Below, one piece after another: positions 12,970 to 24,503 of a DNA stretch of 64,000 bases. Within the stretch, counting starts at the first letter, position 1. Every line of letters begins with the position of its first letter. Origin of the DNA: Hydrolagus colliei (Eukaryota); the NCBI GenBank assembly GCA_035084275.1, contig CM068749.1, positions 16,306,001 through 16,370,000 on the forward strand, in the 5' to 3' direction. The notes under the pieces are model-generated. The model ran no database searches. It was given only the letters and a program-made list of their open reading frames with translations, and was not told the origin of the DNA. A program made the translations under genes and the position numbers.

Positions 12970-14206
12970 AATCAGAAGATATACTTCACTGTGAAACCTG
13001 CAAGGTCAGTCTGGCTTTCTGCTATGTGGTGTACACTTTATAAACCCACAATCAAAAGAGCACCGCCATTTAGCACTCTGAAGAAAGACCTTGACAGCAA
13101 AAAAAACACAAAGAAAACCAAGGTACCTTTCACACAGGAATTTTCAAACATTAAAATTGAGCAGTGAAATCCTAATCCCTGTTATCTGAATATCTTTCTG
13201 TTTTTGGTGAAATATTGCAGGGTTGTGTGAAATTCAAAACTAACAAACAAATTCAAAATAGAAAATGTCACTGTGAGACCAATTCAAATTTAATCATTCA
13301 ATGCAAACAATACTGTATATCTTTGAGCAAAACGCATTGGAATTTTCTAGATTTATGTAACCAAGGTATACAATAAATGTTTCTGATTCTAAATAAAACT
13401 GATTGTAATTGACTCTGATATGTGATTTAATGTGTGTGCTGAACCCTATTTATTGGATTTACAATGTCTTCCCTTTGAGATTTGTTCACTCCTTTATGTG
13501 TGCTTAATTGGTCCTGCTTATGGCTCTTGTGTTACCAGTTATAAGGTTGCTGGAGGAAATTGCATACGCATTAAATTCCACATTGAAAGAATGTGAGCAA
13601 AGCATAATAAACAGGGCAGTGTCATTGACTGTTACCTCAGCCTCAGGGGGCAATAAGAATATCTGCAGTCTCACTGAAGAGCAGGATCACTAGTGTTGTC
13701 ACTTCCAATGATGCTTAGTTTAGATGTGACGCCATCATCGTCACATAATAGGCAAGACACTGAGAAAGGAGCCCTTGCTGTGTCTGAGCAGTTCCAAGTC
13801 AGATTGTACCATATTTTGCAGAGCAGAGCTAGCCAGTTCTCTAACTAGCTGAAAGCAGCACAGATGACTTCCTGCGGGTCCATTAATCCTTCAGGCACAG
13901 TAGATAGAAAAACATTTGTAACCTCACAGCCAGAGCAGAGTTTATTCCAGCCCTTCTGTCAACAAAATCACAATACAGTACAAAAGGCATTTCAACACAT
14001 AAATTGTGAAAAATCCAGTAATGAGAACAGATCAGAATCCCACCATCATATTGGCTATATTGATGTATTCACCTCCCTCTAGTACTGCACCCACATTGAT
14101 CACAGAAACCTTTCAAGCACAGCTTTAAATAGCTGTAAACACGCTGCCAAAAATGTTTTGCGCCCCCACCCCACACACACATACATACACAAACATACAC
14201 AACTCC

Positions 14207-14361
14207 TCATAGAATAGATTCATAGATTCATAGAATTTTACGGCACAAAAGGAGGCCATTCGGCCCATCTAGTCTGTGCCGGCTCTTTGAAAAGAGCGAT
14301 TCAATCCCACTGCCCTGCCCGCTCCCCATAGCCTAATAGACCTGTTTTCCCTAAATAAAGA
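14207..14361 (-). mobile_element. Young CR1 LINE, 3'-terminal ~150 nt
   Basis: Two substitutions relative to the 3' end of the CR1 at 23068-24129; octamer tail (ATCTATGA)n and ggccgaatggcc 3'UTR hairpin. Confidence 0.93.
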
Positions 14362-15424
14362 ATGTAGTGTATCACAATGGTTCAGAAGAAAAACTAACTT
14401 AAGTTTTCACATGTTTGAACACAATCTCTTAAATGCATTGACCATTGAATTTCCCTGGAATCTATGGCTAAATGGTTTTGATTAATGTGTGCTCATAATG
14501 TCACGAAGAATTGAATTCACTGTATCTCTGCATGTTTTCATTCAGCATTGAAATAGGTGCTGGAAAAAAAAAGCCTTCAAATGGAGGACTTGCAAAAAAG
14601 AAGTTTTAACTCAACACTTTGCGCACAGGAAGCATAATACTACCAGAAGTAAGTTGAAGGCTTTCACAAGTTTGCGTCACATTTATCGGTGTTTATTATG
14701 CCTGAATCCTACCTAAGAACACTCTTAACTCACTCTTGCATATTTTTCTGATACTTGGCTATTGTATAGTGCTAAAGAGAACAATTAATGAGGATATTGT
14801 AAATTTAAAAATCTACTTTTGGGTCCATGATCATTGTAAACATATCTGCACAAGCACAGTTGAGCTGAAAAGGCTCAGTCGTATTTAATTTGTATTGTGA
14901 GCAACATCTGAACACAACACTCTTCAGTGCACTACAGGAGTCCATATGGGCGGGCACTCATCTAACACAATGAAATATCCAGTGACCTTTTCAATTGTTA
15001 AGTGCAATGGCATTGTCATTGTGAGGTTAGGTACTGGTTGTATATTGGTAGAGGGAGCAACTAGTGCATAATTTGCCCAATAAATAGCTGAAGCCTTTCT
15101 CCTAACCTCAATTAAACTTACGATGCGGATAAAAAGGTGTGTTTAAAAAAAAATTAATCGGGTATGAATAATTAACAGTTCCTAGAAAGGAAAGCACAGC
15201 ACAGAGAAGTCACATTGTGGAACAGCTGTACCTTCCAACATAGAAGACATTACTGTGGTTTTCTGAAGGAAGTCCTGAAGCGCTGCTTTGTAATTATGAT
15301 GTTAATTGATTTAATTAAAAAGCTTGCTCCAAATTGATGAAGTCAGCTGCAAAACTGGTAGAATTCCACGATGAAGTTGTCACGGTAAAAGTGAGCTCAA
15401 CAAAGGGTCTAAATAGCTCTAATA

Positions 15425-15673
15425 CAGTGGTTTCCAAACTGTGGGACACCCCCCCCCTTGGGGAAGAACTCGGTGAGAAAATCAAAGCCCAAAATGGCAG
15501 CACCTCCTCATGTCACCGGTGGAGTCAGTCGGGACCTGCCAACCCAGGGTCAGGGTTGGAGCCAAGGACCCAAGTGTGTGGAGCCGAGTATGAAGGTAGG
15601 GAGTGGGGGGGGGGGGCAACAAGACCGTTGCTGAGTTAGTGGGGTGCTGCTATTTAAAGTTTGGAAGCCACTG
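15425..15673. mobile_element. hAT (Charlie-like) MITE, 249 bp
   Basis: TIR CAGTGGTTTCCAAACT / AGTTTGGAAGCCACTG (15 of 16 match); 8-bp TSD CTCTAATA (15417-15424) vs CTCCAATA (15674-15681). Confidence 0.9.
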
Positions 15674-16044
15674 CTCCAATAGATTTGAGGGAACATTTGA
15701 ATCAAATCAAGCTTCAGATGCCCCAAAATCTCAGTTTTCGGAAAGCTGTGTGTGGCCTATATGCGACTGGCATTCACCAGTCCCCTTTACAAAAATCACA
15801 CAAATTGAACCAATTGACACCTCTTCCTTACCCCCTTCTCACTGATGAAACTATCAGTAATAATTTATACAAAATGTCCCAATACTGTTGCCGCAAGGTA
15901 TTGCCGTCATTTAAAGCAAATGGCCACCAGGACAACCAGGAGTTTTCAATAAATACTGGTCCTGCCAGTAGGACCCATGACCTAAAATGAGCTTTAAAAA
16001 TTGGGTTTACAGAATCAATGTAAAGGAGTTGTCAGACTCTGCCA

Positions 16045-16119
16045 CTGTGAAGCACTCCAGGTTGCTGCCCCGTCTGGAGGGCACTATATAAATGTTGTTT
16101 GTTGTTGTTGTTGTTGTTG
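16045..16119 (+). mobile_element. L2-type 3' terminus with (TTG)n tail
   Basis: ctgtgaagcactccagg...ggagggcactatataaatgttg followed by (TTG)n. Confidence 0.7.
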
Positions 16120-16209
16120 AAGCTAAATATGCTGGTGATGTAAAGTCATGAAGTTAGGGAAGACTGGGATAGAAGGAAGTCCATACAAAGGGAACCCAAC
16201 AGAGCATGC

Positions 16210-16505
16210 ACCTGGGCTGATCAATGCCAAATGAAATTTAAGGCAGATAAACACACAATGCTGCATATTGCAAGTAAAAATAGAAGGTGCATGTAATACA
16301 TGAATGTGATACAATTTGCCAAGGGGAAATTAAATGAGCAATAGGGGTGTTAGCTGTCTCGTCACTCACCATGTTTGAACAATGTAAGGCAGCAATAAAT
16401 ACAGTGAACAGGATACTGGGCTACATGTCTAAATCAATTGAATTCAATCCAAGAAGTCACTCTCAAGCTGTATAATGCCCTGGTTAGATTAAACCTGCAG
16501 TGCAT
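16210..16505 (+). mobile_element. Ancient CR1 RT-distal fragment
   Basis: Degenerate WADQCQMKFKADK, AAINTVNRILGY, EVTLKLYNALVR motifs. Confidence 0.75.
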
Positions 16506-16574
16506 TTGTGGTTGCAATGACATAATAGGGTCACTCGGGCTTGGAGGTGATGAGGGTGATAAGGAAGCAGAAAA

Positions 16575-17040
16575 TGTAACTACAATTTACATTCATGTTA
16601 TGTCTCTCACATCAACAGGATGTCTCAAAGTGCTTTACACCCAAGGACCAAAAGTGCAAGCAAGCAATTGGTACAGGCTTTAAAGGTGAGGGTGGTGGGT
16701 CATGTTGGAGGGACTGCAGGATAGATCTCCAGAGAGTGGAGGCAGAATACCTCAAAGCTCATTCACTGACTATGGGAGTGCGTTAGGTGGCACATGAACC
16801 AGGCTGTGTCAGTTGAGCAGAAGGAGCAGCCAGGGTGTTAAGAATTGCAGAAGAATGAATGTCAGATCGGACATGGCCTTGGAGTTATTTGTGCATGAGA
16901 ATGAGGTTCTTGAATTTGACGCACTGGGGCGGGGCGTAGAGTCAATGGAGAAGCGAAGATAGAGCGATGGGCTCAGGCAGCCTGCTGAGGGAGACGATAC
17001 AACTTGTAGAGTTCTGGATGGTCAGCAAGTTGTGTAGGGA
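16575..17040 (-). mobile_element. Old L2 3' fragment
   Basis: Minus-strand L2 tail (caggatgtctcaaagtgctttac on +) and degenerate IQNS, LH-L, KFKNLIL coding remnants. Confidence 0.7.
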
Positions 17041-20000
17041 GCCACCCTTCCTCCTTCCCCAGATTAGTTTGATTCCATCCATTCTGTATGTAGATACCAT
17101 ATGTATGTATTTATCTGAACAAAATTAATACATCAGCAACATCAGCAAAAAGCAAGTTGTATATTTTGAGATCTTTGACTGACATGAAGGATGGTAACTA
17201 GAACGGGTAGACACTAGGGTGCATCCTGTATTCCATATCACTGGAGTACACATGGCTACAGAAAAACAAATTGGCTTAAGACTGGAATTTCAAATTGTTA
17301 GCAGTCATGACCCAAATGCTTGTCAGAAAGGAAAGAGATGGGAATGAAATAATTGGAGAAAGACAAAGTTCTTCTCAATTAGTACAGTAAATTTCTGCAT
17401 TGAAACAATCAGCCAGTGGGAGAGGTGGTCCATTGGATTGTAAAAAATTTGTTTCCAAACATCTTTTATTAATGTGGGTTGTTGCTCTTACTATTTCATC
17501 ATGGGGGAAAAAAAAACACTACACATCAGTAATGGACTGTGTGAGACCATTTATTTTTGCCCATCTGTGTATGATTCTTAACTGTGAAAGTATAGCATTT
17601 AAGTGGACTACTTAACATTTTACACAGAAGCATGAATTGTCCCCACAAAAAGTGTTTCAAGACATAGTGTCATCTCCATTACAAGAACAAAATACAACAA
17701 AATTACATTAATAGAGCGCCTTTCACATCAGGAGGACGTCCCAATTATTACACCAATAAAAGCCATTAAATTCAGTACATTTTATTTGTTAAATCGGCCA
17801 AGTCTGAATATGACCAGTCTATATATACCATATTATGCTGAAGGTTGTAAACTGCTGGAATATGTACTTCGAAAATGTTGCTTTTATCATGCTGGTGATG
17901 TGACCCATGCAGTCTTTGGATGTCTTATAGAATAATGAAGGCCTTTAATGTTGTCACCACTTCCAAGTGCATACAGAATATGCTGTCCATAAACTGAAAA
18001 AGCTCTTTGATCCTTGGCCAAACATGTGAGAAGAGAAAGCAGGTGTGTCACTCATGAAAAGCTGTAGAAATAATTTCTCAGACAGTCACAGCCTTCGGGT
18101 CCTGACCCTGTTCTGATTAAAGACAGAAACACATTGTAAATGAGCTTTCAAGCTTAAATGAAGTATCCTGCAAAATTATCTGCGTCATACATGAATAAAG
18201 AATACTGTAGTAGGAAAGTCGTAGGTAGTTAATTGTTATTTTTGAGGTACCATTTGTAATGTTATAAATCAAGCAGAATTATCTACATGGTGCTTCTCCA
18301 AAAATGTCTGAAAATTGTGCTTCAGGTACATGTACAGTACATTAGTCGATGGACACAAAAATGTCTTCCACATCTGTGCTGCTTTCCTGAAACAATTGAC
18401 CCAAATGCTCCAAAACTCACAATTTGCACTCATAATGTTTTTTTTTGCTATATCAAAAGTGGATTATTCAATTGGTTATGGTGGAAAATCACCTTGGAAA
18501 GTTGATAAAAAGGTTATTCTTCTGAAGATAACTGGACTATGGAACAGATGGTTATTTTCATTCATATTTGTACCTGCTATTAATTGGCAACAGCTCTTAT
18601 GAGGAATAGTGGGGGTGTTTTACAACACGTCCAGTTGCCGATGCACTGGGCTCTCTACTAATGATTGTCTTCATCTAAGTATTAGTGCAGAAAAGTGGCA
18701 GTGAGCAACAGCAATACATAATACACGACAATCTTGTCATGGGCTCATCGGATCCGTAGTTGAATTATTTGTTTAATTAAGCAGAAAGCATCGGAACTCC
18801 GAAATAAATGATTATCTTTTCAGATTGATGAACTACTGCGGTAAATCTTCTTGGATGTTATGGTAAGTAATCTTATGGAATGTGAAACTGTTTACCCATA
18901 TACAAGATTATTGAAAGTCTGTGATGCAGATTCATGAAGGAGTATTATTTAAAAGTCAGATGGGACATCTGTCAGAAATGTGAGCTTATTGCAAGTTATT
19001 ATACTGTGTGCGATAATTGCAAGATTGCAGCCTGTTAAATAGATTGACAGAATGAATCTTTACATGCACCAGTTCACGCCAGTCCTGTAAAGGGAATGAA
19101 AAATGCTCTGAATTAGTGTCTGTGTATGAGATCATATATTTTATTTTGATTAGTGCGTAGAAAGAACCAGACTTTCATTGTGCCAAACAACTTGCAAACT
19201 CTGACAATTCTTCTCCAAGTGCTGTCAAAAAAAACTTTCTACGTGGATTGTAATAATGTATAGTAACAAGATTCTCAATCACAGGCCCTGTTTGACAGGT
19301 GCGTGAATATTTGTCCATGGCAAGCTGTCAACTACAGTCTGCCCCAGACTTGATTGTTAAAGGAATTCGTACTTGATATATTTTGCCTAATAGGAAGCCT
19401 ACGTTCAACATTTCCACAAGTGAGAACAGACAGACAAAATCTCTGGGTACTTCACTCTAGCCATCCTTCAAAGATTTCCTGTCAAACTGATTCTATAAGA
19501 GGAAAAGGTTTTCAATAATTTTTTAATGCCTGGTAAAATTTTCCATCTCATGGGCAGAGGAAAGATTTTATCGACTTGTGTTTTCAAAGCAAGGCCCGAG
19601 CCTCTTTGAGTAGAATTAGCAAACAGCACAAATCTAGTCTTGAAATCCACACTAATCCAGATTTAGATGGGTTAGTGCAGCCAAGCCAAAACCAAGCTTT
19701 GTCAGCTTGGACCTGCATTACATTTATTCTTTCCAATTTTTAAATACTGAAATATGCTTTACTTTTTCAACAGGAAGCTCGCCTGCACACTGAAAAAAGC
19801 GAAAAGACAAAAGCAATTATTGAGCTTTATATTCCAGTCACACATAATATTTATGATATTATACCACCATGACCAAAGTTCTTTTTATTTAGGAGGTTCA
19901 GGGTAATCCAAGACCAATTTGAATGTACTGTAACAGAGATCTCTGTTTAGCACATTTGGGAAAATTGATTTACAATGGGGTCCATTAGGTTGATTTTACA

Positions 20001-20339
20001 TGATAAATGTTACATTATTCCATCTGTTTCCATCATTTAATCACTGGCGCCACGTGTTTAATAATGGCTACGTGCTGTTAGACAATTGCATGCTCAGTTA
20101 ACTGTCGCGATGTTAGTTGTTGATGCGCTCCCCGATCAGATCAAAGTCAATATGCTTATTCTAATTGTAATTACAACAACAATTTACATTTATATCAGCA
20201 CACTTCATGGAGGATAGCATTTAGAGCATTGTACAATGGCGGATTTGGGTGCCGAGCAATGAAAGAAGGGGAGATGGAGGTGACCATGGGTGCGGCCGAA
20301 GAGGTAGGCCTTCAGTCACTGTACTCGTCTTGGTTGTGG

Positions 20340-20715
20340 GTTCCTGTCACAAGTTGTGGGTTTATACCCCAGGTCGGGAATTTGAGCCCATAGTGTACGC
20401 TAACACATTTGATACTGGGGGAAACACTGTCAGAGACACCATCCTTTCAATTTATTAAATTGAGCTTCTATTCTCACGGGCGTTCAAGATCCCATGGTAA
20501 TATTAGAACAGAAGGAAATTTCTCCTGGTGTCTAAACAACAATACCCCAGAGAGAAATCGGTCATGCACGTCATTGTTATTTGTGGGACATTACAGTGTG
20601 CACAACTGGCCCCACCTCATTTGCATACAAATTCACAGACATTACACAACAGTGAAACTTTCAAGAGTTGTTAGACATTTTTAAATGATAAATCAATTGC
20701 AAGGATCATTATTAT
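20340..20715 (+). mobile_element. Old DeuSINE (SacSINE1-like), near full length
   Basis: agttgtgggttt...atttgagcccata, cactgtcagagacaccatcctttc, ttcaagatcccatgg, tctcctggtgtc, tttgtgggacattacagtgtgcacaactggc, tail ttgcaaggatcattatt. Confidence 0.75.
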
Positions 20716-22721
20716 TTTTCTGTGAGTTCTCCCGGAGCCACTTCTCATTTTTGATCCATGGGTCATTCATTATGTGTTGCCATTTCCTACATGCTTCCTG
20801 ATAACAGAATTCCAAATTTGCTGACAAATAAAACTATTTGTTTCGTTTGAACATTAAAAGACTTGCAGATTGCACCACACCCGCTTTCGGGACCAAGAAT
20901 AGAAAGCCCAAACTATTGGATCTCCATTTAAATAAAAATACAAGGATTATTATTTCTTAAACTAATGTCGAAATTACACAATTGGCAACAATTTTTTTTT
21001 ATCATTCTTAAGAAGGCACTTAGTAGCAGGATAGCTCATTTATAGTTCTGACTCAACTCGCTCTCGGCCGGGCTCAATAAACTGAGAAAAATAGGTTGTG
21101 TTTTTAGGTGGAAGAGTCAGTTGCAGGCACTAAAGAGAATTTCTAAAGTGATCGTTTTTGAGCAGCAGCCAAGTCGATTCATATCACCTGCAATTGTCCT
21201 CAGAGGCGGAAATCGCTTTCCTGGCAGAACCATTTCCTAAGGGTTGTCTCAGCAGCCGGGCTGCAGGGCAACCCACACTGCCATTGGGTTTTTGGCATCA
21301 ATCAGCATTATTTACACAATGTGTATTCATTGTACAATTACATCAGACAGTTCTCAGGCTAGCAAACCATTTTTATTTTCCCAGTGTCTCACCAAACAGG
21401 ACATTGCACAGGAAACACTGCTTTCAGACTCCAAAAGTCACTTCAAAAAACATTTTTTAATTCCAACATGTTTTTTCTCTTTATAGTGAATTCCAAGCAC
21501 CAGAATTGTTCAGAGCGCAACCCTTTTGCAATACTGGATTATATATCACCTCTGGACTGGAGTAAAATAAACTACTGTATATGCTGCTATTTTTATATGT
21601 TTGCTTTTTTTTAACTTGGTTTAACCCAAAGTTTGCTTAATCTTGTCTGATTCTGCACAGTTGACTGCGTTGTACAGTTTGACTTGCTCTGAACTTTCGA
21701 AAGATTTTCAAATACAGTATTGGTAATTAAAGAGAATTAACAAAGGGCTTCTCTCGCTGCTGTTGGTCGAAGGCGGTGGTCAAGAGATTGTTGCCGGTTT
21801 TTCACGTATTGCAGTTTGACCTTAAGAAGTGCAAAATGGGCTGTAGCAACCTTGCATTTATATAAAACCCTTTACTTGGGTAGAATTCTGGAACACTCTT
21901 GAGCTACACCTGAAACCACCTCCTTCAGAAGACATCAGATCTAGGGATACCTGTTTTTTAAAACTGCTTTAACATCATTCTATGCTGAACGTTTGGCAAC
22001 TTGCAATAATTGTGCCAATTTGCCACTAAACAACAACATTAAGCCACACTGAAATGTATTTAAGTTAAAAGGGAATGCAAGCGGTTGCCATGGGACTGCC
22101 TGAAAGTATTCCTTCAGTGCTGATTTACGGTGTCTAAATTGATGCAGCTAGGACAATTGTCATATGGATGAATCATTTGAATTGGGCAGGTTGGTGAAAG
22201 TTTAAATTTATATGGAAATGCCGAGGTAAATGGAAAGAGTTGTATATTATGTACTTCTGCATTAGCATTATCCAATCAAACCCCACAGTGAATGCAGAGA
22301 AAATGTCAGAATAAATCTCTAAAATGTCTCTCCCAATCAGATCTTTTTATTTTATAAACGTTTTTATTTTGCAGTGAAGAATAATTTGTACAATCCATTT
22401 TAATATGGCAAGCAATGTCTCAGGAAGTCATGCCTTAAGTATGCCTTTAAACAGTTTAATAAACAATTGGCAAAGTCTTCCTCATGGCTCTCAAGGGAAT
22501 GGCAGCGTATGATAAAACTGGTGTAATTGGGGCTGGTCACAGTAATGAAATCAGCAATATATTTTGTGGTGTAGGATACAGAAGGAAGCAAAGCTTTTGT
22601 TAAGTTAGTTGTCTCCGAGGGTTTGACCTTGATAAAGTTCTTGCCTGGCACTTTTAAAGTATGGTTGTCACTTATCAGTTGTCACCTTTTATTACTGTTA
22701 AGAAAATGGACTGTATTGAAA

Positions 22722-23067
22722 TATTTGCCTCCGACTCAGAAGGATTCAAGCATTATATTGGGATTATTAATTCACACTGTATAGGGTGATATTACAATGG
22801 AGTGCTAGGGACGCTGCACATTGTCAGGGGTGCCATCCTTCTGGTGAGATGTTGAACTGCAGTACCAATTCCTTACTCATTGAACATTGGAGACAAAATT
22901 CTAAAAGAGAAGGTAGCTTGTCCAACCCAAACAAAATTGACCATTCATTTCACGATTCTTTATAGGGCATTGCTGTGCATAAATTAGCAGCCACATTTGC
23001 CCAACAAAAATTATAGTTGCTACATTTTACAGTGAATTCTGTGAAGCACTCTGAGACGCCCGACATA
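22722..23067 (+). mobile_element. Old DeuSINE (SacSINE1-like) whose tail is interrupted by the CR1
   Basis: ttgcctccgactcagaagg head remnant, cattgtcaggggtgccatcctt, ttgctgtgcataaattagcagccacattt, ctgtgaagcactctgagacg. Confidence 0.7.
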
Positions 23068-24129
23068 GATTCATAGATTCATAGATTCATAGAATTTTAC
23101 GGCACAAAAGGAGGCCATTCGGCCCATCTAGTCTGTGCCGGCTCTTTGAAAAGAGCGATTTAATCCCACTGCCCTGCCCGCTCCCCATAGCCTAATAGAC
23201 CTGTTCTCCCTAAATAAAGATCTAATTCCCTTTTAAAAGTTGTTATCGAATCAGCCTCCACCACCTTTTCAGGCAATGCATTCCAGATTCGAACAACTCG
23301 CTGAGTGAAAATATTTCTCCTCAGCTCCCCTCTACTTCGCCTTGAAACTATTTTAAATCTGTGACCACGAGTCACAGATTCACCCACGAGTGGAAATAGT
23401 TTTTCTCTATTTGCCCTGTCGAAACCCCTCATGATCTTATAAACCTCTATTAGGTCTCCCCTCAATCTTCTCTGCTCCAGAGAGAATAACCCTAGCCTAT
23501 CTAGCCTCTGCTCATAGCTGAAGTCCCCCAATCCTGGCACCATCCTAGTAAATCTTCGCTGCACCCTTTCCAATGCCTTCACATCCTTTCTGTAGTGTGG
23601 TGACCAGAATTGAACACAGTATTCCAGCTGAGGCCTCACCAAAGTCCTATAGAGGTTAGTCAGCACTTCCTGACTTTTGTACTCTATACCCCTATTTATA
23701 AAGCCTAGTATCCCATATGCCTTCTTAACAGCCTTGTCTATCTGTCCTGCCACCTTCAACGAGTCACTAACACAAATCCCCAGGTCTCTCTGTTCCTTCA
23801 CACCATTTAAAATTGTACTATCTAGCCTATATTGCCTCCCTTCATTTCTTCTCCCAAAATGCATCACCTCACACTTCTCTGCATTAAACTTCATCTGCCA
23901 TGTGTCTGCCCACTTTACCAATTTGTCTATATCCTCTTGCAGATGGCTACTATCCTCCTCACTATTTACTATTCTCCCTAACTTAGTGTCATCTGCAAAC
24001 TTGGAAACTGTACTCCGTACACTCAAGTCCAGATCATTGATGTAGATTACAAACAGCAATGGTCCCAAAACTGATCCCTGTGGCACACCACTGCTCACTT
24101 CCCTCCAATCTGAAAAACAGCCGCTCACT
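23068..24129 (-). mobile_element. Young 5'-truncated CR1 LINE (~1.06 kb)
   Basis: Uninterrupted RT C-terminal frame, 3'UTR hairpin, octamer tail repeated about 3 times, and a candidate TSD ACATA (23063-23067 and 24130-24134). Confidence 0.96.
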
Positions 24130-24131
24130 AC
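23160..24131 (-). CDS. CR1 ORF2 remnant: C-terminal reverse transcriptase region (~323 codons, no native start)
   Basis: SGVPQGSVLGPLLFVIYINDL, SKFADDTKL, WQMKFNAEKC, LYRTLVRPQLEYCVQFWSP, RRLRGDLIEVYKI, TRGH, FTQRVVRIWNALP. The first ~87 aa of the 410-aa track ORF come from neighbouring SINE and L2 sequence. Confidence 0.9.
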   Translation of the reverse strand, partial: VVSGCFSDWREVSSGVPQGSVLGPLLFVIYINDLDLSVRSTVSKFADDTKLGRIVNSEEDSSHLQEDIDKLVKWADTWQMKFNAEKCEVMHFGRRNEGRQYRLDSTILNGVKEQRDLGICVSDSLKVAGQIDKAVKKAYGILGFINRGIEYKSQEVLTNLYRTLVRPQLEYCVQFWSPHYRKDVKALERVQRRFTRMVPGLGDFSYEQRLDRLGLFSLEQRRLRGDLIEVYKIMRGFDRANREKLFPLVGESVTRGHRFKIVSRRSRGELRRNIFTQRVVRIWNALPEKVVEADSITTFKRELDLYLGRTGLLGYGERAGQWD

Positions 24132-24135
24132 ATAA

Positions 24136-24188
24136 AACAACAACAGAATTATATTTATATAGTGTCTTTCATCTCGGGAGGATGTCCC
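24136..24188 (-). mobile_element. L2-type 3' terminus
   Basis: Reverse complement reads gggacatcctcccgagatgaaagacactatataaatataattctgttgttgtt. Confidence 0.7.
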
Positions 24189-24193
24189 TATAA

Positions 24194-24503
24194 AATAGTA
24201 ATAATCCTTCCATTTGATGTAGCACTTTTCAAGTCTTCTGGATATCTCAAAGTGCTTCACTGAATACTGTATACTGTAAAGTGAATTATTTATATATTTG
24301 TGGGTGAAACGCGGTAGCCAATTGCGCACAGCAGTGTCCCACAAACAGTGGTAGATTGAACTGACCAATTTTTTTGTTTGTTTTTTGAGCAATTATTATT
24401 AGACGTGTGGATTAAGGAAACTTGCTTAAGGTTTCGCGCTGCCTAGAATCGATCCAGGTCTTTCAATTGTGAGGCAAGTTCTCTGACCACGGAGCTACAG
24501 GAC
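24194..24503 (-). mobile_element. Full-length tRNA-derived SINE (same family as 12670)
   Basis: Minus strand: gtcctgtagctccgtggtcagag head, aagcaagtttcctt, gtttgtgggacactgctgtgcgcaattggctaccgcgtttc, tail ending ggattatt. Confidence 0.88.

Noticed and set aside
22084-22097. RFX X-box-like GTTGCCATGGGAC
   Set aside because: Second half-site is imperfect and the motif is isolated.
24132-24392. N-terminal ~87 aa of the 410-aa ORF
   Set aside because: Derived from SINE and L2-tail sequence, starts at TTG and has no RT similarity.
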